A stretch of 8,624 nucleotides of DNA from Azolla caroliniana. Taxonomy: Eukaryota; Plantae; Polypodiophyta. Made by a program: the position numbers and the translations under genes. The stretch spans positions 1-8,624 of the forward strand of contig JBHGNT010001426.1 of assembly GCA_043228905.1 (NCBI GenBank), given 5' to 3'. The notes under the pieces were generated by a model. The model was not told the origin of the DNA. It did not search any database and was given only the letters and a program-made list of their open reading frames with translations. Below, one piece after another: positions 1 to 7,614 of this stretch (its first letter is position 1; each line of letters begins with the position of its first letter).

Positions 1-83
1 ATGCATAGATCATCTAAGCCGAGAGGCTTACTTTTATCGCATTGATACATGATTATGTTCTTGTAGTTAGGGTTTGCGGATCT

Positions 84-99
84 GAGAGAGAGAGAGAGA
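84..99 (+). repeat. (GA)8 microsatellite
   Basis: Direct read: gagagagagagagaga at 84-99. Confidence 0.95.
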
Positions 100-275
100 T
101 GGTTTGATCATATTGGAATGATAGATAACAGTGCACGTATCTTGGCAGATATCCGTCACAACTTACTTTTTGAGACACATATCGGAATTCACCTCTGTAT
201 TTGATTATGTTTTTTTATCATTGGGGTTTGTGAAACTAAATGTGGGCACACATATGTGTGAGTGATTGAGTGAGT

Positions 276-297
276 GAGAGAGAGAGAGAGAGAGAGA
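276..297 (+). repeat. (GA)11 microsatellite
   Basis: Direct read; preceded by degenerate (TGAG)n units. Confidence 0.95.
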
Positions 298-1321
298 TGC
301 TATGTCCATTCATGGACATTTGATTGTATTGGAACGATACGTAGAAGACTAGATGTGCAGGGCCCTTACCCTAACTACCTTATTGTTTGCCACTGAACTT
401 TGGTGGGTCAATTTTTTGCCATTTAATAAATAGGTTACAATGTTCGTAGGATTGCAAAGTACTCAAGTTGTTGAAAATGTTAGGTTACAATTTGTTTATA
501 TGTTGACAATGAAGCTTGTGAGCAAAATGCTATATGCTCTTGTATTCACTCCTAGATCTTGAATGGTCCAGAGGTATTTAGGTAGTGTCAAGGTCCCCAA
601 AGAATAAATGGGACCCAATAAAGTCGTATCCCCATACCAGTGCCATATATGAGAATAAACTACAATGTAAATACTTGCAACAAAACTAATGGGGGTCCGA
701 TGATTTGAACCCTTTAGGACCACCATTTAACTGGTTTATGATGAGCTCCATCAAGTAAACATAGTTTTCCCAACATTACTTGGTTGAAAAACAATGTGTA
801 CATACAAAGTACACAATGCATATGTTTGAAAAAAATAACACTTTAATTTTGATTCGATTGATTGTTTGATTTTGATATTGGTAGAATGTGATCTCGCGCC
901 ACATGGAGATTTCAAATTTTCTAGAGAATAATCTTTTTGCTATGAAGATTTACGATTGATTGCCTCATAATCCATATTGTCACTTGAGTATAATCTAATA
1001 ATGCAAAAGAAGTCGTGATTGTTCATTCATACATGAATGCACAAGTGGCAACTTGATTGATATGCTCAAGCTCGATATCATGTGGCACAATTTTGTTATT
1101 AGTTGGAAACATCCTTTTTGTTGCTTGAAAGTTTTGAGCAATCTCTTGCCAATCATCAACAGAATCCGCATTCAATGATTTTAGTGCCACATAAATGTGG
1201 ATTTCCATTTAGGGCTAATATCAACTACGATTAAGTCATGTATCAACATCAACGCCTTTGAATGCATCCAACAACCCATATTTTCTATGCCTGATTAGTT
1301 TTCATATCATTTAGGCTAACT

Positions 1322-1912
1322 TCAACTAACAAGGTGTGGGGACTAGGTCTTAAGACGTTTACACTAGGGAAACAAGGAGCAAAAAATGAGTGAGCTTCCC
1401 TCGAGGTACATCGGAAGGCATGGTACGAAGCCTCCTTGGTGCTAAAATGGCAAACATCTTGTCATGCAATAGGATAACACACAAGAACGTAGTGACATCT
1501 CTCGGTTGAGCACAATATAACTCAATCCCAAGTATGCAGAGTCATTTCCACGAGATGATGTCTATGAAGGTTTCGGGCCTTGGTGGAAGGCTCTAGGGGA
1601 AGGGTGTGTTCACACGCATTTCGTCTGAATGCTTCTACTTAACGAACGAACCTCATCCGGTCTACATTGGAACCCACATCAAGACCCTTTGACCCCCCAC
1701 TTCTTTTCGAGAGGCTTGGGTGGAAATAAAATTAGGCTTAGTGTATAGTCACTTTCGAGTATACTACATATTGTACACTACTAGAACTCTTTTAGTTTAA
1801 GTTCTATTTTTTTTACTTAATTTTATTTTTAGTTATGATGATTGGATAAATACTCTATTGTTGTAAACCAATTGTCTCATGGGCCAAATTTGGCCTTAGA
1901 AGACGTTAATAC

Positions 1913-1948
<36 letters not shown>
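1322..1948 (+). mobile_element. Possible highly degenerate 3' remnant of an L1-type LINE
   Basis: 1331-1360 translates KVWGLGLKTF, followed by frameshifted NK at 1371-1376. This resembles the PKxxGGLGxRxLxxxNKA motif of plant L1 ORF2. Downstream are a T-rich 3'UTR-like tract with hairpins (1739-1780, 1882-1895) and a simple repeat. No long ORF and no TSD found. Confidence 0.3.
1915..1948 (+). repeat. (CTTT)8 tetranucleotide microsatellite
   Basis: Direct read: eight CTTT units plus CT. Confidence 0.95.
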
Positions 1949-2093
1949 AATGGCATCTGCTTCTTCAATTCTTTAAAGTGTCTTCGATTTTGGATAATGA
2001 AGAAAGCACAATTATCATGGGGGGAAACATCATCCCATCAGTAAGCATTTTTTTCCAACAGTTTCATATCGTTCTTGAGACAAAAAAAAATGC

Positions 2094-2579
2094 CCATTAT
2101 ACAGTACTCCATACGCATAAGATGATCCAGATCCTACAAAAAACAAATTTGTCACTTAATCTGCCACTTCACCCTCCAGGTAATAAAACAATATCATGTA
2201 TCAATTAGAGAGTTTGATAAAAGCATTCTAATGGAAAGAATGGATGTCAGATTTTACTGTTTCATCCCATCCTGCAATCATGGTGTCCATGATAAGCACA
2301 TTCCTCGATGATACTAATATAATGTGTGTGCAAGAATTTTTTATGCCTCGGTGACCAGAAACTCTTCTCTTATTCGCCAGTTCATGAAGATGATGCTGCA
2401 TATTGTGAAGCTTAATGAAAATTCTATGCTTTTCTACATACAACACAGAATCAAGTCCTGGTAAAGTAGTACCCAAACACCAAGATTCTTTCCACAAATT
2501 TGGTAATCTGCTGGTCCTCCAGCCATTGTACCAAGCAAATAAGGATTGATTTCAAGTATCTTTTGTACAAATTGAGATG
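2094..2579 (-). pseudogene. PBE1: 20S proteasome subunit beta type-5 (PBE1/PBE2, PSMB5-like) pseudogene, three degenerate exons with introns
   Basis: Hand translation of the minus strand. Exon 2579-2473 reads SQFVQKILEINPYLLGTMAGGPADYQICGKNLGVW (plant beta5: [35 protein letters not shown]). A GT..AG intron follows at 2472-2396. Exon 2395-2258 reads HHLHELANKRRVS / VTEA*KILAHTLY*YHRGMCLS / TMIAGWDET, with two frameshifts and two stops, then a GT donor at 2257. Exon ~2195-2094 reads YYLEGE..GRL..FFVGSGSSYAYGVLYNG (beta5: [31 protein letters not shown]). The N-terminal catalytic Thr exon is not seen in the window. Confidence 0.9.
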
Positions 2580-2749
2580 CTATCATATAATGTTAACAGT
2601 CCAATTTTAGCTACAGATTCTTACAATTTTAAGTTCAGAATCTAAATCACAGCTAGGAAGTTTGCTAAGTTCCATGCGATGAGACTACTCGTAATTATTT
2701 TTCATAGGCACCCTTACAATAGCTGTAAAGATGGTGGAGATTTGGAGAT

Positions 2750-2959
2750 TGTTGTGGAAGTGTGGAAATAACAATATATAACCAGAAGTACCGAGGTTCG
2801 GCGAATCAGCCTACTTCCTCCAAAGCAGCATGCTCTATTACTGTTGGGAGAGAAGAATACAAATTGAGGATATCATACTAAGAGGTAGAGGAGCGTTTTT
2901 ATAGCTCCAAACCACCTCCCTCAACTATGTGTGATAAAGAATGGGCCAAAAAGCTAACA
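2750..2959 (-). repeat. 3' LTR of the copia element (~210 bp)
   Basis: On the minus strand it starts TGTTAG at 2959, immediately after the PPT, and ends ...TTCCACAACA at 2750 (TGTT...AACA terminal inverted repeat). It contains TATAAAAA at 2903-2896. The distal end is less certain (alternative CA end at 2724). Confidence 0.75.
2896..2903 (-). promoter_or_regulatory. TATA box of copia LTR
   Basis: Minus-strand TATAAAAA ~55 nt into the LTR, flanked by the inverted repeat GGAGC/GCTCC. Confidence 0.6.
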
Positions 2960-2974
2960 AATCTCCACCTTGGC
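2960..2974 (-). other. Polypurine tract (PPT)
   Basis: Minus-strand GCCAAGGTGGAGATT directly abuts the TG of the LTR, ~90 nt after the pol stop codon (TAA at 3067-3065). Confidence 0.85.
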
Positions 2975-3064
2975 ACAATCTTTAATCCTTCCAAATACAA
3001 ATCCTCTCAAGCAAACAAAAAATAAAACAGTCTGCTTTCAAATCTACGTCATGAGGCGCCAACT

Positions 3065-3320
3065 TTAAATGTGTTGGATATTAACCAAGTCTAAACAATG
3101 TTCAAACTTGGCCCTTCTTTGGTCAGCATATCTGCAAGATTCTCCTTAGTATCAATCTTCTGGAGAAGTATCTCCTCCTCTTTGAGAATTTCCCGCACAA
3201 AATGATAGCGAACATCAATGTGCTTCGTTTGTGAGTGAAAGACTTGGTTCTTTGCTAAATGAATAGCGCTCTGACTGTTAGAATACACATCAAGTTGTTT
3301 CTGATCAACTCCCAAGTCTT
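3065..3320 (-). pseudogene. Copia RNase H, C-terminal half
   Basis: DLGVDQKQLDVYSNSQSAIHLAKNQVFHSQTKHIDVRYHFVRE...ENLADMLTK, then frameshifted KFEHCLDLVNIQHI*. Typical Ty1/copia RNase HI motifs. Confidence 0.93.
3306..3320. repeat. 15-bp target-site duplication, copy 1 (CAACTCCCAAGTCTT)
   Basis: Identical to 4353-4367. It encodes the DLGV segment of RNase H, which appears on both sides of the insert. Confidence 0.95.
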
Positions 3321-4018
3321 CTTTTTTACCCATAAAAATATCCTCCATTGGTATTAACATAAAGTGGCCCAAGGCAATATACCAAACAACCCACTATTAC
3401 AAAGAAAATTACAACATAATTATCTAGAAAACTATTGAACACTCGTGTAGCTTCAACAGTCTCAACAACACTAGGTTCAAAAAACCCCATCTTTTTACAA
3501 GCTGAATATGGATTTTAGGCCTTTATCACTGGAGTTTGTGCCACATATATTGCTCAGCATTCATTCTATTTGGATGCAATTTGATAGCATCATATGACAT
3601 TCTATATCTCACATAATGTCTGCTAAAGGACAATGAATGACTGCTCATTTTGATTATCCAACTTCTCCAAAGCATGCGTTAGCCCTGTTTCCAAGGTTCA
3701 CAACAGATTACACCTCTCTAACATGCATACAAAATCAGCTACCTTTAGAACTCCCTGCAATCTGAACAAAACTTTGTCGACGAATTCCAATGTTTGTTGT
3801 CAAAAAATGTATGTCGATGACAACAACATGTAGAGCCTGGAACCAAATTGATATAGATTTTCACAGTTTTCTTCCCCATCATCTATCTACAACAAAGAAA
3901 AGAGGAAAACACTCTCCAAATCTGAAAATTAATAAACACATAAGCAATTTTCCCTTTCACTCCCTAGAAATGCTTCATCCTCAATTAACATCATCCATCT
4001 TGTCCACAAATTTAGAAG

Positions 4019-4040
4019 ATATATATATATATATATATAT
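4019..4040. repeat. (AT)11 microsatellite
   Basis: Direct read. Confidence 0.95.
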
Positions 4041-4054
4041 TCCCCTTTTCCATC

Positions 4055-4091
4055 TATAAGGACAACTTCCCCAAACAAAGTTGTCCTTATA
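4055..4091. repeat. Perfect 14-bp inverted repeat (hairpin), 9-nt loop
   Basis: TATAAGGACAACTT (4055-4068) / AAGTTGTCCTTATA (4078-4091). Confidence 0.9.
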
Positions 4092-4352
4092 ACATCAACC
4101 ATGACGACGACGAATATCACCCAAATGATGTACCTATGACAAGAAAATGATATAGTAACCTCATCACCTCAAGAAAATATGCTTCGGCCCCCACACCATC
4201 TTCACTCATCCTTATCACAAAAATTTCTTCATTCAGTCCACATAAACCATCTTGCCGAATATCGCCAAGTTCCTGTACAAATAACAACAAAATGAATCTA
4301 GACTATTTCCTCCCCCGCTCATGATCTGCTTCAGCCCCCACACCATCATCAC

Positions 4353-4367
4353 CAACTCCCAAGTCTT
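4353..4367. repeat. 15-bp target-site duplication, copy 2
   Basis: CAACTCCCAAGTCTT, identical to 3306-3320. Confidence 0.95.
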
Positions 4368-4567
4368 TAAGCAACCCATGAAGCCAATTTGCCTCCTTCA
4401 CAACCCTTGTAATTGCCATATACTCTGCCTCTGTTGTAGATAGAGCCACCATTGACTGCAAGGAGACTTCCAACTAACTAGCACCTTTGTCAAAGTGAAC
4501 AAATAGCCAGTTGTAGATCGTTGCTTATCCAAATCACATGCATAATCAAAATCACAATATCCAACTA
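4353..4567 (-). pseudogene. Copia RNase H, N-terminal half
   Basis: [26 protein letters not shown]...VSWKS / [32 protein letters not shown], with a frameshift. Confidence 0.93.
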
Positions 4568-5600
4568 TGCATTTACCAAGTGCTCAAAAGTCAATCCCAC
4601 ATCCACGGTGTTTTGAAAATACTGCAGAATCCATTTCACAACTTGCCAATGACCCTTGCCTGGATCATGCATATATTTGCTAACAATACTAACCGCATGT
4701 GAAATATCAGGTCTTGTACACACCATTGTGTACATCAAGCTTCCAACTGCATTTGCATACGGGACTTTCGCCATGTATTCTTGCTCCTCATCGGTTGTGG
4801 GAGATAATTGACTATCTCAATTTCAAATGAGGAGCAAGTGGAGTACTTACATGTTTTGTATCATCATACATACCAAAATGTTGTATTATCCTCTTCAAAT
4901 ACTGCTTTGTGATAGCCAAAGTTTGCCCCCCTCTCTATCTCTACTTATCTCCATGGCGAGAATCTTCTTGGCTTCCCCCAAATCCTTCATCTCGAACTCT
5001 TTACTCATCTGAGCCTTCAATTTGTCAATCTCAAATTGACTTTTAGCCACAATCAACAAATAAGAGTAATTAGATGTATGAACCATCTTGAAGATTTCGC
5101 AAATACACACAATGATCATATTTACTTCTCTTGTACTTTTGACCCTTCATGAACTTGTCAAATCATTTGTACCACTGTCTCAGAGATTGTTTCAATCCGT
5201 ACCACAATTTGCTAAGTTTACAAACCCAATCTTCTTTACCAACAACCTTGTATCCTTCTAGCTGAGTCATGTAGATTTCCTCCAAATCATCGTGTAAGAA
5301 CGCAGTCTTCACATCAAGTTGAGCTAGCTCCAAATTCATATGTGCGACCAAGGCTAACAAATTTCTAATGGAGGAATGTTTTACAACTAGAGAAAATACC
5401 CTGTTATAATTTATTCTCTCCTTCTGAGCATAGCCTTTAGCTACCAACCTTGCCTTGTAACAAATGACTTCTTTATTTGGAAATCTGTCTTTCTTTGCAA
5501 ATACCCACTTGCACCCAATTGCCTTTCTCCCTTTTAGTAGTTGTGTCAGCTTCCACATCTTGTTCTTCTAAAGAGATTGCATCTCTTCTTCCATTGCACT
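4565..5600 (-). pseudogene. Copia reverse transcriptase (RVT_2), fragmented
   Basis: ORF pieces 5163-5558 (KAIGCKWVF, YKARLVAKGYAQ, QLDVKTAFLH, LWYGLKQSLRQW), 4895-5119 (FEMKDLGEAKKIL) and 4565-4774 (VPYANAVGSLMYTMVCTRPDISHAV). The YVDD motif is damaged at ~5052-5060. Confidence 0.95.
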
Positions 5601-5867
5601 AGCCTAGTTGCCACTTTCTGTGCTCATAATGGCCTGTAGGTAGGTTGATGGAACATTATTATCACAAACTGGAAGTGCATAAGCTACCATGTCAGCGAAA
5701 CGAGTAGGCTTTTGAATTACTCATCTCTGTCTTCTTATTGCAATTGGTTCTTATTGTTGTAGAGGTTCTTGGATCAGAACCTCTTCTTCATCTGATTATT
5801 CTTCTACCATAGGATAGTCACCGGTGGTGTTTCGCCTTGGAGTCCCCACTATCTGCTCAAACTCCAC

Positions 5868-6800
5868 CTACTTCGGAGTACCATCCACTTGTATCAAAGT
5901 ATTATCTGGTTCTTCCATATTTACCTTGTTCAACATGGAAGATTCATCAAAGGTAACATCTCTATTGATAATCATTTTCTTTGCCTCAAGACACCACAAA
6001 CAATATCCCTTCACTCTAGTATTGAAGCCCATGAAAAGATCCTTCTTTACTCGTGGATCCAATTTTGATTCAGTCACATGATAATGCAGTAGAACCAAAA
6101 ATATGCAAAGTATCATAATCAGTTGCAGGTTTTCTAGACCATACCTCTAATGGAGTTTTGCCACCTATAGCAGATGATTTCAAACGATTGACAATATGTT
6201 GGGCGTACGTCATAGCCTCAGCCTAAAAGTTTTTGCCTAATCCAGCGTTAGACAACATACAACGAACTTTCTCCACAAGTGTCTTGTTCATACGCTGTGA
6301 TACCCCATTATGTTGTGGTGTTCTTCTAACGGTGAATTGCCGATTTATGCCACAATCTTGGCATACTTCCAGAAATGGATCACTCTTGTATTCTCCACCA
6401 TTGTCTATTTGGAGAACCTTGATCTTTCTCCCCATCTGGTTTTCAACTTGAGCTTTCCACTTAAGGAAAACTTCAAGCACATCATTCTTGTTCTTCATTG
6501 TATACACCCAAACTCTCCTGGAAAAATCATCAACAAAAGTTTCAAAATAATGCCTACCTCTTATGGATGGAGTCTTGGTAGGTTCCCACACATCTGAGTG
6601 CACATAATCCAAAATACCCTTGGTATTATGAATTGCAATACCAAATCTCACTCTTCGTTGCTTTCCTAGAACACAATGCTCACAAAAATCAAGTTTGTAA
6701 GTCTTCGTGCCTTTCAACAATCCTTGCTTTGCAAGAATTTGCGAAGAATTTTCACCAGCATGTCCCAAGCGCATATGCCGCAACTTCGTTGCTTCAGTGT
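5868..6800 (-). pseudogene. Copia integrase (GAG-pre-integrase/HHCC, rve core, C-terminal SH3-like region), fragmented
   Basis: HMRLGH...CEHC zinc motif, VHSDVW, FVDDFSR, DNGGEY and PQHNGVSQRMN (catalytic E replaced by Q). The downstream piece reads SKLDPRVKKDLFMGF..VKGYCLW...NRDVTFDE. Confidence 0.95.
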
Positions 6801-7122
6801 CTTTCTTGGTACTTCACGTTGTTGTTGCTACTGTCTCCACCACTGTATTACTTTGGTAATAGTACAAATTGTTCTTCCTTATGCCTTTCAACATCACCAA
6901 TACTCCTGAAGTTGCTTTAAGAACTCCATCTCGCATCAACACAACTAGGCCATTAGATTAAAGAGCCCCCAAGGAGATGAGATTCTTCTTCAACTTTGGT
7001 ACATACCGCACATCCCTCAAAATTCTTGTGGTTTCATCATGATTATGCAGCTTGATCAAACCTATCCCGACTGTTTTACATGGATGATCATTACCCATGC
7101 AAACAACCCCACCATCGACTTC

Positions 7123-7614
7123 CTAAAACTCAAAAAACCATTCTTGAATAGGACACATATGATAAGTACAACCTGAATCCAAAATCCACTCATCTCGATG
7201 TGTCAACACTGAAGGCATAACTACTAAGGAAATATTTGATTCTACATCACTAGAGTCTGCAACATTTGTATCTTGTGGACGCTTTCCTTTCCTCTTCAAC
7301 TTCGGACAGTCTTTTTTCCAGTGCCCTTTCGCATGATAGAAAGCACACTCATATTTGGCAATGCCTCGACCTTTTGATTTGGACCTTCCTCTTCTCCCCT
7401 TAGTATGGCTTTGTTGACGACCTCTTGCCACCAATGCTTCTTCTGATGTCGTTGCTTTGGTTATCATCTTATCCTGCTTTCTCAATTCATGACTATATAA
7501 AACATAACAAACAACATCTAATGACACATTCTCTTTCCCGTGAAGTAATGTTGTTTCCAAATGTTCAAATTCATCGGGAAGAGATGATAACAACATCAAA
7601 GCCAGATTCTCATC
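7123..7614 (-). pseudogene. Copia gag C-terminus, zinc knuckle and aspartic protease, fragmented
   Basis: DENLALMLLSSLPDEFEHLETTLLHGK (gag), CAFYHAKGHWKKDC at 7347-7306 (CX2CX4HX4C with C>Y) and WILDSGCTYHMCP at 7188-7150 (protease DSG). Confidence 0.93.

Larger units (their letters stand above)
3321..4352 (-). mobile_element. 1032-bp insertion with 15-bp TSD and short A-tail (probable LINE-mediated retroposed sequence, source unknown)
   Basis: It interrupts copia RNase H exactly between duplicated 15-mers. The minus-strand 3' end is ...CAATGGAGGATATTTTTATGGGT-AAAAAA-G-[TSD]. The reconstructed target reads TT|AAAGAC. No RT, transposase, TIR or LTR is recognisable. Confidence 0.75.
2750..7614 (-). 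mobile_element. Degenerate, 5'-truncated Ty1/copia LTR retrotransposon (Tnt1-related, probably Tork lineage)
   Basis: Minus-strand domain order gag-PR-IN-RT-RH is diagnostic of copia. PPT and 3' LTR are present. The 5' gag, PBS and 5' LTR are absent. Many in-frame stops and frameshifts. The lineage is inferred from motif style, not from a database search. Confidence 0.96.

Noticed and set aside
496-726. 76-aa minus-strand ORF
   Set aside because: No recognisable motif. It lies in AT-rich sequence with short inverted repeats (GGTCCC/GGGACC) and is probably a chance ORF.
1023-1208. 61-aa minus-strand ORF (MEIHIYVALK...)
   Set aside because: Protein-like composition but no family I can recognise. 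Unsupported without a search.
2228-2497. 89-aa ORF as a real protein
   Set aside because: It is a read-through of intron plus a doubly frameshifted beta5 exon. Only LHELANKRRVS and TMIAGWDET are in the ancestral frame.
3790-4120. ORFs 3790-4059 (+) and 3929-4120 (-)
   Set aside because: Both cross the (AT)11 repeat (IYIYIY) and show no homology cues.
4160-4352. Box C/D snoRNA cluster (GTGATGA and CTGA motifs on the minus strand)
   Set aside because: No terminal stems, spacing is unconvincing and no rRNA-complementary guide is recognisable. An Rfam/snoScan search would be needed.
4180-4352. CRISPR-like repeat-spacer
   Set aside because: Only two imperfect copies with a 121-bp spacer, in eukaryotic context, with no cas genes.
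5824-6920. Several + strand ORFs (5824-6081, 6233-6451, 6310-6597, 6633-6920, 6676-6909)
   Set aside because: Antisense shadows of the copia integrase region with no independent coding evidence.
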